64,000 nt of DNA from Terriglobia bacterium (GTDB lineage Bacteria; Acidobacteriota; Terriglobia; UBA7540; JAPUME01). Positions 49,160 to 58,978 of the stretch are shown in pieces (within the stretch, counting starts at the first letter, position 1; each line of letters opens with the position of its first letter). The notes below the pieces were generated by a model. It made no database searches, was not told the DNA's origin, and saw nothing but the letters and a program-made list of their open reading frames with translations. The DNA lies in contig CBDEGR010000002.1 of assembly GCA_965237895.1 (NCBI GenBank), positions 1,350,132 through 1,414,131 on the forward strand. Direction: 5' to 3'. The position numbers were made by a program, and so were the translations under genes.

Positions 49160-49804
49160 ATGAAAATTACGGCAGAACAAGTCAAACAACTCCGCGAGCA
49201 GACCGGCGCACCGATGATGGAGTGCAAGAAGGCGCTGGAAGAAGCAAAAGGGAAGATTGAAGACGCCTTCACGATTCTCCGGAAGCGCGGGAAAGCGGCC
49301 GCGGCCAAACGCAGCGGACGGGCTACGACGGAAGGGCTGGTGGGCTCCTATATTCATGCGGGTGGGAAGATCGGCGTCATCGTGGAGGTCAACTGCGAGT
49401 CGGACTTTGTCGCCCGCACGCCGGAGTTCCAGGCTTTGGCCCATGACTTGGCCATGCACATTGCCGCCGCCGATCCTCGTTTCCTGCAAAAGGACGATGT
49501 GACCGCTTCGGTCCTGGAAAAGGAGAGGGAGGTGATCCGCGCCCAGGCCGAGAGCAGCGGAAAGCCGGCGAATGTGGTGGAACGCATCGTCGAGGGGAGA
49601 GTGAACAAGTATTACGAAGAAGCTTGCCTCTACGAGCAGCATTTTGTGCGCGACCCGGCGCAGACCATCGGCGAGATCATCACGGCAAAGGTCGCCAAGT
49701 TCGGCGAAAACATCAACGTCAGCCGATTTTCCCGGTTTAAAATCGGAGAATGGGACGCTGCTTCTTCGTCTTCGACTTCATCTTCAGCTACGGACGAAGC
49801 GTAG
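49160..49804 (+). CDS. tsf: elongation factor Ts (short form)
   Basis: Start at ATG 49160. MKITAEQVKQLREQTGAPMMECKKALEEAKG, IGVIVEVNCESDFVART. Confidence 0.92.
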   Translation: MKITAEQVKQLREQTGAPMMECKKALEEAKGKIEDAFTILRKRGKAAAAKRSGRATTEGLVGSYIHAGGKIGVIVEVNCESDFVARTPEFQALAHDLAMHIAAADPRFLQKDDVTASVLEKEREVIRAQAESSGKPANVVERIVEGRVNKYYEEACLYEQHFVRDPAQTIGEIITAKVAKFGENINVSRFSRFKIGEWDAASSSSTSSSATDEA

Positions 49805-49927
49805 GGGTTTCTGATTTGACGAACCACCGAACCCGGAGCCCAGAGACGGCCGGAGCCGAGGCCCTCCGGCGGCAGCCTGTCTTTCGCGAACCGGTGAGAT
49901 GGCGGATGTGTCGCACCGAATTTCACC

Positions 49928-50644
49928 ATGAGTGACCCTGTCTATCAACGAATCCTGTTAAAACTGAGCGGAGAGGCCTTGGCCGGAGAGAAGGGTTCCG
50001 GAGTGGACGCGAAGATCACGCTTCGAATCGCGGAGGAGGTCCGGGAAGTTCACGACCTTGGGGTTCAGGTCGGTATCGTTCTGGGAGGCGGCAACATCAT
50101 TCGTGGCATTTCGGCCAGCGCCCACGGGTTGGAACGCGTGGTGGGCGACAAGATGGGAATGCTGGCGACGATCATCAATTCGCTGGCGCTGCAAGGAGCG
50201 CTGGAGCGAGTCAAGGTCGACACGCGGCTGATGACGGCTTTGGAAATGCGCCAGATTGCCGAGCCTTTTATCCGCCGCCGGGCGGTGCGGCATCTGGAAA
50301 AACGACGTGTGGTGATCTTTGCCGGTGGAATCGGGAATCCCTACTTTTCCACCGACACGGCTGCCGCCTTGCGCGCCATGGAGATCAAAGCCGATGTCAT
50401 CTTGAAGGCGACGAAGGTGGACGGGGTGTATGACGCCGACCCGGTCGAGGTACCCGACGCGCGAATGTATACCCAGGTCTCTTATCTGGACCTTCTTTCC
50501 AAGGGCCTTTCGATCATGGATACGACGGCCGTTTCACTTTGCATGGACAATCGGTTGCCGATTATCGTTTTTAATTTCAATGTTGCCGGCAACATTCGGC
50601 GCGTCGTGATGGGCGAAAAGATCGGGTCGATGGTAAGCGTTTAG
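49928..50644 (+). CDS. pyrH: UMP kinase
   Basis: 238 aa. [48 protein letters not shown]. Confidence 0.93.
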   Translation: MSDPVYQRILLKLSGEALAGEKGSGVDAKITLRIAEEVREVHDLGVQVGIVLGGGNIIRGISASAHGLERVVGDKMGMLATIINSLALQGALERVKVDTRLMTALEMRQIAEPFIRRRAVRHLEKRRVVIFAGGIGNPYFSTDTAAALRAMEIKADVILKATKVDGVYDADPVEVPDARMYTQVSYLDLLSKGLSIMDTTAVSLCMDNRLPIIVFNFNVAGNIRRVVMGEKIGSMVSV

Positions 50645-50741
50645 TTGCGATTTTGGAATGTTTCGGACCAGCGCTCCTCACAGAAAGGTCCCGGGTGGAA
50701 GGCCGGAAGGGGACGGCCCGCATGGGAAATAAGGCGGCTCG

Positions 50742-51299
50742 ATGACAAAATCCATTCTGGATCAGTCTAAAATACGAATGGAAAAGGCCTTGACGGATTT
50801 CCAGTGCGAGGTGGCGACCATCCGCACCGGCCGCGCGTCGGTCTCGATTCTCGATTCCATCCGCGTGGACTATTACGGCACGCCGACGCCGATCAACCAA
50901 GTTGCCACGCTGGGAGCTCCCGAGCCTCAGCTCCTGACCGTTCAGCCGTGGGACCCGACGTCGCTGCCGAACTTGGAGAAAGCGATCCAAGCTTCCGGCC
51001 TGGGCCTGAATCCGGTCAATGACGGCAAGATTCTCCGCGTTCCGATTCCCGCTTTGACCGAAGAACGCCGGAAGGAGCTGGTGAAACACCTTCACAAAGT
51101 GCTGGAGTCGCACCGGCTGTCGCTGAGGAATATACGGCGCGACTCGAACGAGGCGTGCAAGAAGCTTTTGAAGGAGAAGAAAATATCCGAAGACGACGAC
51201 CGCCGTGCCCACGAGGACATTCAGAAGCTGACCGACCGGGAAATGGAAAAACTCGAACGGACCTCGAAGAAGAAGGAAAAAGAGATCCTCGAAATATAA
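50742..51299 (+). CDS. frr: ribosome recycling factor
   Basis: 185 aa. FQCEVATIRTGRASVSILD, LRVPIPALTEERRKELVK. Confidence 0.93.
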   Translation: MTKSILDQSKIRMEKALTDFQCEVATIRTGRASVSILDSIRVDYYGTPTPINQVATLGAPEPQLLTVQPWDPTSLPNLEKAIQASGLGLNPVNDGKILRVPIPALTEERRKELVKHLHKVLESHRLSLRNIRRDSNEACKKLLKEKKISEDDDRRAHEDIQKLTDREMEKLERTSKKKEKEILEI

Positions 51300-51388
51300 T
51301 TTTTGCCGCCTCGCGGGTCCTCTTCCTCTTCGCCCACCCTGCCCACCCTGAAAGATCGATTGATTTTCGCACCTTTTCACCGGTTACC

Positions 51389-51417
51389 TTGAATTGACGG
51401 GGGCCTTCTCCTAGAAT
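51389..51417 (+). promoter_or_regulatory. candidate promoter upstream of the RSH gene
   Basis: TTGAAT (51389-51394), 17-nt spacer, TAGAAT (51412-51417), 15 nt before the ATG. This would imply a very short leader. Sequence match only. Confidence 0.3.
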
Positions 51418-51431
51418 CAAGGTAGGAAGCC

Positions 51432-53576
51432 ATGGAGAGCCTCGCCCAAATCGAGGAAACTGTTGCCCGGAACCGCCCCGGGGAGGACCTGGGACTCCTG
51501 CGCAAAGCCTACAACTTTTCCGTCGCTAAGCACGCCGAGCAGCGGCGCCTTTCCGGCGAGCCTTTCGTGGCCCACCCGCTTGCCGTGGCGCGAATTCTTG
51601 CCGATATGCGGCTCGACGCGGCCTGCATTGCCGCCGGGATACTGCACGACGTGGTCGAGGATACGGCGACCACGTCCGAGCGGATTGCGAAAGAGTTCGG
51701 CCCGCAGGTGGCGCGCATCGTGGAAGGCGTCACCAAGATCAGCCGCATTCAGTTTCACAGTCCCGAAGAACAGCAGGCGGAAAACTACCGGAAGATCATT
51801 CTCGCCATGGTGGATGACATCCGCGTCATCCTTGTAAAGCTGGCCGACCGTCTCCACAACATGCGAACCCTTGAATATCTTCCTTCCGACAAGCGGGAAC
51901 GGATGGCGCGGGAGACGATGGAAATCTACGCTCCCATCGCGCACCGGCTGGGGATCGGAAAATTCCGCGAGGAGTTGGAAGACCTGGCTTTCCGTTACCT
52001 GGAGCCGGAAACGTTTGCGCAGTTGCGCGCCGAGGTCGAGAGCCGACGAAAGGTAGGGGAGGAATTTCTCTCTGAGGTCCGCGCGGCGGTCGAAAAGAAG
52101 ATGAAAGAGCACGAGATTCCCGGACGAGTCGAGGGGCGGACCAAGCGGCTCTACAGCCTGCAGATGAAGCTGAAGCGGCAGCGGATTCCCCTCGAGCAGG
52201 TCTATGACCTGTTGGCCGTCCGGCTGATCACCGACTCGGTCCGCAATTGTTACGCCGCGCTCGGCGTGATCCACAGCACCTGGCCGCCCGTGCCGGGGCG
52301 CATCAAGGATTTCATCGCTATCCCGCGGCCGAATTTCTACCAGTCGATCCACACTTCGGTGATCGGGCCGCACGGTCAGCCCTTTGAAGTGCAGATTCGA
52401 ACCGAGGAGATGCACCGCGTGGCCGAGGAGGGCATTGCCGCCCACTGGCGCTACAAAGACGGCAAGATCGGGGCCGAACATGAGACCGAGCGCTTTGCTT
52501 GGCTGCGGCAGATTGTCGAGTGGCAACGGGAGGTGCGCGACTCCGGCGAGTTTCTCTCCACCTTCAAGATCGATCTCTATCCCGAAGAGGTCTACACGTT
52601 CACGCCGAAGGGGAAGGTGATGGTGATGCCGCGGGATGCGACCGTCATCGATTTCGCGTACGCCATCCATACCCAGGTCGGGCATACGTGCTCGGGCGCC
52701 AAGGTGAACGGGCGGCTCGTGCCGCTGAGGACGAAGCTCCGCAACGGCGACATCGTTGAAATCATCACCCAGGCGGACCACACGCCCAGCCGCGACTGGC
52801 TGACCCTGGTCAAGACTTCCCGCGCCCGCAACAAGATCAAGCACTGGATCAATATCGCCGAGCGTGAACAAGCCATTGAAATCGGAAAGAAGCTGCTCGA
52901 CCGCGAAGCCCGAAAGTACGGCCTGTCGCTGAAGAAGATCAAGGAGGACGACTACCTGAAGGTGGCGAAGGTTTACGGGTACACGTCCGTGGAAGACCTT
53001 TATGCGGCGATGGGTTACGGGAAGCTGGGAGCGCGGCAGGTGCTGGGCAAACTTTTCCCTGAGGATCAATGGGGGGCGGAGACCGCACGGCCGGCGCGCT
53101 CGAAGAGGGCGGGAGGAAAGCCGGGAAGCGGTTTGCCGATCGAGGTGCACGGCGTCGACGATTTGTTAGTTTACCGTGCGAAGTGCTGTAGCCCGATTTT
53201 GGGTGATGAGATCGTCGGCTACATCACGCGCGGCAAGGGCATCTCCGTGCACGCGAAGGATTGTCCGAACGTTCAGAGCCTGATCTACGATTCCGCGCGG
53301 CGGATCGAAGTCGAGTGGGTCGGCACGATGAAGGAGCTCTATCCCGTCAAGCTGACGCTCTATACCGAGGACCGCCAGGGGTTGCTGGCCGCGGTGACCT
53401 CCGTTATTTCAGAGACCCAATCGAACATTCAAAACATTGAAGCCCGCACCGCGAATCAACGCGCCGTCATCGACGTGACGCTGGACGTCGCCGACCGCGC
53501 CCAACTTGAAAACGCCATCGCCTTGTTGCGAAGAGTGGACGGGGTCTTCGATGTGGAGCGCGTCATGCGGTCCTAA
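51432..53576 (+). CDS. rel: bifunctional (p)ppGpp synthetase/hydrolase (RelA/SpoT homologue)
   Basis: 714 aa. HD domain (HPLAVARILADM...LHDVVEDT), synthetase domain (RTKRLYSLQMKL...DLLAVRLI), TGS, and a C-terminal ACT. Confidence 0.92.
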   Translation: MESLAQIEETVARNRPGEDLGLLRKAYNFSVAKHAEQRRLSGEPFVAHPLAVARILADMRLDAACIAAGILHDVVEDTATTSERIAKEFGPQVARIVEGVTKISRIQFHSPEEQQAENYRKIILAMVDDIRVILVKLADRLHNMRTLEYLPSDKRERMARETMEIYAPIAHRLGIGKFREELEDLAFRYLEPETFAQLRAEVESRRKVGEEFLSEVRAAVEKKMKEHEIPGRVEGRTKRLYSLQMKLKRQRIPLEQVYDLLAVRLITDSVRNCYAALGVIHSTWPPVPGRIKDFIAIPRPNFYQSIHTSVIGPHGQPFEVQIRTEEMHRVAEEGIAAHWRYKDGKIGAEHETERFAWLRQIVEWQREVRDSGEFLSTFKIDLYPEEVYTFTPKGKVMVMPRDATVIDFAYAIHTQVGHTCSGAKVNGRLVPLRTKLRNGDIVEIITQADHTPSRDWLTLVKTSRARNKIKHWINIAEREQAIEIGKKLLDREARKYGLSLKKIKEDDYLKVAKVYGYTSVEDLYAAMGYGKLGARQVLGKLFPEDQWGAETARPARSKRAGGKPGSGLPIEVHGVDDLLVYRAKCCSPILGDEIVGYITRGKGISVHAKDCPNVQSLIYDSARRIEVEWVGTMKELYPVKLTLYTEDRQGLLAAVTSVISETQSNIQNIEARTANQRAVIDVTLDVADRAQLENAIALLRRVDGVFDVERVMRS

Positions 53577-53671
53577 GCCGTTCTTACCTTTTCTTCTCCT
53601 CTTTTTTTCGAAGAGCCGTGAGGCATAAAGCTACTCAGGCTTGCGAGCCGACCGACCGGCGCGGAACGCCT

Positions 53672-53854
53672 GACTACAAAAAAGTATTGGCCGGGCTGAA
53701 GGAGTTGTGCCGGGTGCTGGCATGGAAAATTGTCGAGGACGGCGAGGGCGCTACGCGCGTGGTGAAAGTCGAGGTTCGCGGCGCGCGCAACGCGGCGGAT
53801 GCCGAGCTTGCCGGACGCGCCGTTGCCGGCTCCGCCTTGGTCAAGACCGCAGTT
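53672..53854 (+). pseudogene. internal fragment of argJ (glutamate N-acetyltransferase)
   Basis: DYKKVLAGLKELCRVLAWKIVEDGEGATRVVKVEVRGARNAADAELAGRAVAGSALVKTAV matches the conserved LAxxIVxDGEGATK...V.GA...A...AR.IA.S.LVKTA block. No N-terminal or C-terminal parts are present. Confidence 0.5.
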
Positions 53855-54194
53855 ACCACCATCCCACTGAGGAAAGAGAATAGCTGCACAATCCAGCTTT
53901 ACATGAAGGGACATAAAAAACCTTCTGATGAGAGGCCCATCTCAAAAATTTCGTCAGGACCTTCTTGGTTGCCCCTTATAAAACCAACAAATACTTCATG
54001 GTCATTTCGTGCCCAAATTCTCCGGTTACGTTCAAGAGCGGAATTTACAAGGTCAAACCCGGTGAGTATTATGACCCACCTATTGACTTGGGCGTAATCG
54101 ATCTAACGGCTCCACCCACGAACCCGAATGCAGATCAAGCAAAATCGGACCCGAAAAACGATCCGGACTAAATGAGTTTGACTTCAGAACCTGA

Positions 54195-54465
54195 ATTGCG
54201 GGCAACTACGACGTGGGAAACCGCACGGCCTCGCTGGGCGCGCCGACGTATACTTATGACATTTCGAACCAACTGACCTCGACACCGACGGCGACGTATA
54301 CCTACGACAACAACGGCAACACGACGTCGAAGACGGACGGCAGCGGCATCACCGACTACACCTGGGATTTTTGGAATCAACTTACCCGCGTGGACCTGCC
54401 CAGCTTGGAAGTGGTTGAGTTCACCTATGACCCGATGGGGAAGAGAATCAGGAAGGCCTCTGCTT
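54195..54465 (+). pseudogene. fragment of an RHS/YD-repeat protein
   Basis: IAGNYDVGNRTASLGAPTYTYDISNQLTSTPTATYTYDNNGNTTSKTDGSGITDYTWDFWNQLTRVDLPSLEVVEFTYDPMGKRIRK. Repeated YDxxGN units, with a stop just upstream and loss of the pattern downstream. Confidence 0.6.
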
Positions 54466-54642
54466 CAGCGACGGAATTCACTTTCTGCTGGGCGTATCTT
54501 TTGCCGTCGTCGCTGTCATCGCATTCCTCATCTTCAAAGCACATCGAACCACAAGCTCCCTCCTCCCTCTTCCGAAAAAATTACCTCTCCGGGAGCGGAC
54601 GGGACAGATCAAGCCCGCCTAACTCTTTCCTGGAATGGGTTC

Positions 54643-55648
54643 CTAACGGGAATAGAAGTCGGTAAGTTGGGTAAGGTAGGCGCTTTTCAAGCCGCGCCCC
54701 TGGGCCGAATGGACGGCTTTTAGGAGTTGCCGGTTTTCATACTTGTCCGTCACCGGCTGGAGAAGTTCTTGGATGACCTTGTCACGGACCGACTTTTCCT
54801 GCCGGCCAACGAGAAGCAGAAAATCGTAAGGATGTTTCACCAGTAGATCCAGGTAGGTTTCATTCAGCCATTCGCCGCCTTCCGCCGACCGCATGTAGAA
54901 CCCATCTGCCATGCGGATCAATCCCTGCAAAGCAGCCCGGTCGGCCTCGAGGGCCCTCGGCAGTTGTTCTTGTAAGTATTTCATCTCTCCGTTGATCCGT
55001 TTTTCCTCTTCCGGATGGCTGAGCTCAAACCGGTCCCGGCCTTTCTCCCTCAGGAAGACGCGCAGTTCCGTCACGCAGAGGTCCTCGTACTTTCTGCCGT
55101 CGTGAACGCGGTCGATCTCAACGAGAATCTTGAGCCGTGCGGGGTTCACTTCTGCTCCTACAGGGACCGGGAGCACCTGCATCACGGGCTCGTTGCGGAA
55201 CGGGGAATGCGTAGGCCTCACGGGCCGTGAGGGCTCGCCCCGAAGGGCCGTCGATGACATGCAGGATGATCTTGCTGGGCTTGGCATTGGCGCGGAACAG
55301 AGAGTCGGTCTTTGTGTAACCGGGAAGAATCTTCACCAGGACGGTTTCCAAATCGATTCGGGCGGGCCGGCTCTTTAGATTGATCTCGATCCATTCTCCG
55401 TTGCCGTTCGTCGAGCTGCCCTCGCACCAAGCCGTCAGCGGATTGAGGTCGATGAGGTTTTCAACCGGGTAGGATCGGCCTTCTTGGCTGAGCGTGGAAG
55501 AGGACTTGGCCACGTAGGGTTCGCCGTAAATGGTCTTGGGTTCGGATTTCGTCTGGGCGAGGGCCGGGCGACTCGAATCCGGCAGCGAACTCAGGATGAG
55601 AGCGGCGGCCAAAATCCAACCGAACGGGGTGTGGTGCCGGTGATTCAT
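54643..55648 (-). pseudogene. secreted protein with an N-terminal discoidin/jelly-roll-like motif, frameshifted in a G4 run
   Basis: From Met 55648: MNHRHHTPFGWILAAALILSS...LTAWCEGSSTNGNGEWIEINL...ILHVIDG...EAYAFP. It continues in another frame as FRNEPVMQVLPVPVG...LCVTELRVFL.... Removing one G from 55202-55205 restores the frame. Confidence 0.5.
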
Positions 55649-55699
55649 GAATGCTTGGTAAGTGAATGGCCCTCGCAAGCGGGAACGAGGAGTATGACC

Positions 55700-55891
55700 T
55701 TACGCAGGTTTTACCACCTTGCCGGAACGCAGGCAGGATGTGCAGACGCGGACGCGTTTCCGGACGCCGTCGATGACGGCGCGGACGCGATGGAGGTTCG
55801 GATTCCAGCGGCGGAGCGTTATGTTGTTGGCGTGACTGACGTTATTGCCGAACTGGGGGCCCTTACCGCAAAGATCACACCTTCTTGCCAC
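55700..55891 (-). CDS. rpmB: 50S ribosomal protein L28
   Basis: GTG start at 55891 after GGAG. (M)ARRCDLCGKGPQFGNNVSHANNITLRRWNPNLHRVRAVIDGVRKRVRVCTSCLRSGKV. Confidence 0.9.
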   Translation of the reverse strand: MARRCDLCGKGPQFGNNVSHANNITLRRWNPNLHRVRAVIDGVRKRVRVCTSCLRSGKVVKPA

Positions 55892-56026
55892 TGAAAATCT
55901 CCTTTTCAACTGCAAATCACAACACGACAGTATAACCAAATCCGCCATGAAAGGGGAAGCCCTTGTACTCGTCCAGTAGATTAGTGACACAAGGGGACCT
56001 TTCGAAGGGAATGGGAACGGGACAAG

Positions 56027-56218
56027 AACTGTTGAGGAGTAAGGTAGCCGAGAGCCTGGTGAGGGCGGACGGTGTTGTAGATGCGGTCCCAGGCACGGAG
56101 TTGACGGTTGAGGAGGGGATGACTTCATAGAACTCCTCGGTAGGGGTACGCTGAGCGCGCGCTCGACATGGCCGTCGAGTTTGGGGGAGCGGGGTGTCCC
56201 CCATCATTCTGAACGAGC
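56027..56218 (-). pseudogene. C-terminal remnant of an rve-type (IS481/IS3-like) transposase
   Basis: Minus strand reads ...LRAWDRIYNTVRPHQALGYLTPQQF. Upstream, in shifted frames, it reads RAQRTPTEEFYEV and VQNDGG. No intact ORF remains. Confidence 0.55.
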
Positions 56219-56263
56219 ACAGCCCTTCTCTGACCCTCCAGCCTTCGGAGAACCGGCCTTTCA

Positions 56264-56908
56264 TTATTCCTTTTTCACGCTTTTTACCAGAGCTTCGAAT
56301 TCCTCCGCGGCGCGTGCGACCGTTTTCTCCGGACCCGTCAGCTTGAAAAAGACCGGCCCCTGGGGTCCTTCGATGATCCCGCCGAGCATCCGAAAATTCG
56401 GCTTCTTCACTTTTTCAGGCGACATCGGGGCGGTGGAAGACAGATAGGTGCCGGAGACTTCCACCACGGTGATTTTTATCCCGTCAACCGTGGATTCTTG
56501 TAGCTGGGCGGCTTCCGAGGAGGAGCGGCCGTCGGGTTGCCGGAACTGTCCGTACCAGCGCTGGAGGTTGGCCTGGAGGGTGCCGCCCTGGCCCGGCCCG
56601 AAGTAGAAGACGGCGCATTCGGCGTCTTCTCCGTCGCCCTCCTCGGCCGGAATCCGGTAGGTCGCTACGCGCATGGTTCGGGGTGGGCTCACGCTCCATC
56701 GAGACGGGGCGGTCCAAGTGAGGCCGCCTGCGGAAGCTTGATCGGCGGCCGGCTGTTGGGGAGTCTGTGATTGGGATTGGGATGAAGACGGAGAAGGGGC
56801 GCGCTCGAAGGAGCCCTCCCCGGCATTGAAGTTCTGTGAGCAGGAGAAGGTGATGGCAACAATTGGAAATATTAATATGCTTATTATCAATGAGATATGT
56901 CGATTCAT
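56264..56908 (-). CDS. hypothetical lipoprotein
   Basis: 214 aa. MNRHISLIISILIFPIVAITFSC lipobox, followed by a Ser/Gln/Pro-rich linker. No family recognised. Confidence 0.5.
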   Translation of the reverse strand: MNRHISLIISILIFPIVAITFSCSQNFNAGEGSFERAPSPSSSQSQSQTPQQPAADQASAGGLTWTAPSRWSVSPPRTMRVATYRIPAEEGDGEDAECAVFYFGPGQGGTLQANLQRWYGQFRQPDGRSSSEAAQLQESTVDGIKITVVEVSGTYLSSTAPMSPEKVKKPNFRMLGGIIEGPQGPVFFKLTGPEKTVARAAEEFEALVKSVKKE

Positions 56909-57009
56909 AAAAGCTCTCCTTTAGGAGTTGCGGGCTTGGTTCATGCTACCCGGGGGGGGCAGATTATTCTCAACGTAAGAGGTAAGCTTAATCTTCACCG
57001 GAAGAGCGG

Positions 57010-58158
57010 TCAAGGGCTTCCCTGCTTTCTGCTTGCCCTCAATTGGCCGGACGAGATATCCATGCGGAATTTCTGTTCGGGGATGAAGGAGAAGAGGGAA
57101 GAATACTCAGAAGGGACGGCCAAGTCATCCAGCGTCCGGCAGGCTTTCCCGTGCAGCCGGGCGGCAACCAGGAAGCGGCAGCCCAACTCTTGAATTCGTT
57201 TTAAAGCAGAGTGCATCGCCTTCTTATTTCCGTAGTATCCCAGGGCTAGAATTCGTTCCGCCGTGTCGTAGCCGACGACGAAGGTGCTGTCCGGGAAGAG
57301 TTCTGCCTTTTCACGAAATGTCGCGGCAGCCGTTAGTACGAGCGAGGAGCGCCAAGTGAACTGCCGCAGGCGGCGGGCGACTTCCGCCTCTCCCAGAGGC
57401 GGCTTGTCCACGTTCTTTACCGAGAGTTCGAAAATGACTTCCTTGTCCAATTGCTGTGAAGCCGCTTGGGCTAATCCTCGATGCGCCTCATGCCACGGGT
57501 TGAATGCGCCGGGCAGTAGCGCTTGCGGCGCCGGAAAATTTTGGAGCTTTTTCCCGTCCGGTTGAACCAGAACAGATTGAATTTTGCCCTCCAGCAACAA
57601 AAAGACCGCGGAGCTTGAAGCAGTCTGTTTTACCTGTACCCGCTCGCTCCTCTTTCGCTTGATGCCCACGTCGGCCTGCAACCCGCAGGCATCAGCCAAC
57701 GCCTGAAGGACGAGACGGCTTGCCAAGGAGTCCTCTTCCGCGCGTGTGCGCTTGTATTTTGTGAGGGTAACGTCATAGGTGGTCAGGCGATTCCTTTCCC
57801 GCGCCGCAACGATTACTCGATGCTTTCCCCGTTTGGGGCGCAGCGTGGCGAGTGAGGCCGTACAGCCGATGCCGATGAGAGGCTCCGCCCCGGCCGTCCA
57901 TCCGAGAGCCTTTTCGTAGGCTTTTTCGGCCAACGCCCGTGCCGTCTCGGGGGAAGTGAACTGTTTCGGGGTGTGGCCCAGCAGGTCGGCGACGGCAGAT
58001 TGCGAGTAAGGAATCGCTGCTTCGATTAAGGTTCTTGAGGAGCCGGGCAGCTCTACCAGCCAGGTAATCCCTTGCGCCGCCCCGCCGGTGACGTAGACCA
58101 CGGCGCGGTGAGGGGCGGCGTGGATTTTTTCGAGGATTTTCCGCAATTTCGGTTCCAT
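57010..58158 (-). CDS. fusion of a CinA-C-terminal-like (PncC-type) domain and a cytidylyltransferase-like nucleotidyltransferase domain
   Basis: 382 aa. N-terminal half AVVYVTGGAAQGITWLVELPGSSRTLIEAAIPYS. C-terminal half LLPGAFNPWHEAHRGL ((T/H)xGH-type motif) ...VGYDTAERI...FRMDISSGQLR. Confidence 0.65.
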   Translation of the reverse strand: MEPKLRKILEKIHAAPHRAVVYVTGGAAQGITWLVELPGSSRTLIEAAIPYSQSAVADLLGHTPKQFTSPETARALAEKAYEKALGWTAGAEPLIGIGCTASLATLRPKRGKHRVIVAARERNRLTTYDVTLTKYKRTRAEEDSLASRLVLQALADACGLQADVGIKRKRSERVQVKQTASSSAVFLLLEGKIQSVLVQPDGKKLQNFPAPQALLPGAFNPWHEAHRGLAQAASQQLDKEVIFELSVKNVDKPPLGEAEVARRLRQFTWRSSLVLTAAATFREKAELFPDSTFVVGYDTAERILALGYYGNKKAMHSALKRIQELGCRFLVAARLHGKACRTLDDLAVPSEYSSLFSFIPEQKFRMDISSGQLRASRKQGSP

Positions 58159-58265
58159 AGTTATTGACGGGTTGGTTCGAGTCTTCGTGTCCGTACGAGT
58201 CTGTGATACCCTACGGCTCGAATAAACTCTTTATTCTATATCATCATCAGATACGGGAGGTTGGA

Positions 58266-58550
58266 GTGACATCCTTTTCCTTTGGCCGGTCCCGGCAGGT
58301 CATGCTTGTGCTGTGGTTTCTACTATTTGGAGCGGGAAAATTTTTCGCACTGCCGCCGGAAGAAGCTGAATCCTTCGCTGTGGCCGAAAAGAACGGCGTG
58401 CTGGTGGAGGAGATTTTTCGCCGCACGCAAAGGATGATGCACGCTTGGCTGGCGCATGCCGACCCGAAGACGCTACTGCTGCCCGACCGAATTCCCGGCT
58501 ACACGCGCGGCAAGTGGGAGCCGAAAGCCAAGCACAACATACATGGGTGA
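58266..58550 (+). CDS. short exported protein, possibly the 5' stub of a longer gene
   Basis: GGGAGG RBS then GTG 58266. Signal-like VTSFSFGRSRQVMLVLWFLLFGAGKFFA. The ORF stops after about 95 aa and runs into a field of hairpin repeats. Confidence 0.35.
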   Translation: MTSFSFGRSRQVMLVLWFLLFGAGKFFALPPEEAESFAVAEKNGVLVEEIFRRTQRMMHAWLAHADPKTLLLPDRIPGYTRGKWEPKAKHNIHG

Positions 58551-58771
58551 TCGAAGCGAGCCATACCGCCAGCGCCTGTCTGCACCTAAAAGTGGGGGGC
58601 AGATCCCGCAAATTCAAAGGGTGATACCGCATGCTGTTCAAGGTGACGCTGGTGTGCAAAGACCCTAGTCAGTGCGTTGCGCCCTCGCTCTAGCAGGGAA
58701 CTAAGGGTGCAGTGAGCACAGTACCCTGGGGTGCAGAGAGTTTGCACCTGCTCCCCGGGGTTCCTGCGGCC

Positions 58772-58913
58772 GGGTGCCCCATCCTTTGCGAAGCAAAGGG
58801 TGGGGAGGTCTTTCATTTAATGCACCAGGGACGCCTTGCCGGCTGGCCCCCTTCGTCCTGAAGGGTGGGACGGCCTTTCCAGGCCGTCGGTCGGGCTGGA
58901 AAGCCCGACCGAC
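58772..58913. repeat. cluster of consecutive GC-rich hairpins (family B copy 3 plus others)
   Basis: 58772-58805: GGGTGCCCCATCCTTTGC-GAA-GCAAAGGGTGGGG. 58846-58868: CCCTTC/GAAGGG stem. 58869-58888: GACGGCC/GGCCGTC. 58886-58913: perfect 12-bp stem GTCGGTCGGGCT-GGAA-AGCCCGACCGAC. All lie in a convergent intergenic region. Confidence 0.8.
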
Positions 58914-58978
58914 CCAACACAACTCACACCTCCGGGCATGCCGGGGGATGGGGAAGTCTCGCGAACGGCACCGGGAGA

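Noticed and set aside
56128-56145. Near match (12 of 13 nt, reverse orientation) to the tRNA-Asn 3' end (CCTACCGAGGAG vs CCTACCCGAGGAG), considered as a possible distal att site.
   Set aside because: It lies inside the coding remnant of an rve-type transposase (..YPTEEFYE..) and is in inverted orientation. Using it would make the island span the ribosomal-protein/tsf/pyrH/frr/rel cluster. This is most likely coincidence.
58560-58978. ORFs through the hairpin field (58586..58816, 58701..59030, 58774..59010, 58865..59290).
   Set aside because: Their sequences (KGWG..., RSGWKARPT...) are just translations of palindromic repeats. Such repeat-derived ORFs read in both directions and are not credible genes.
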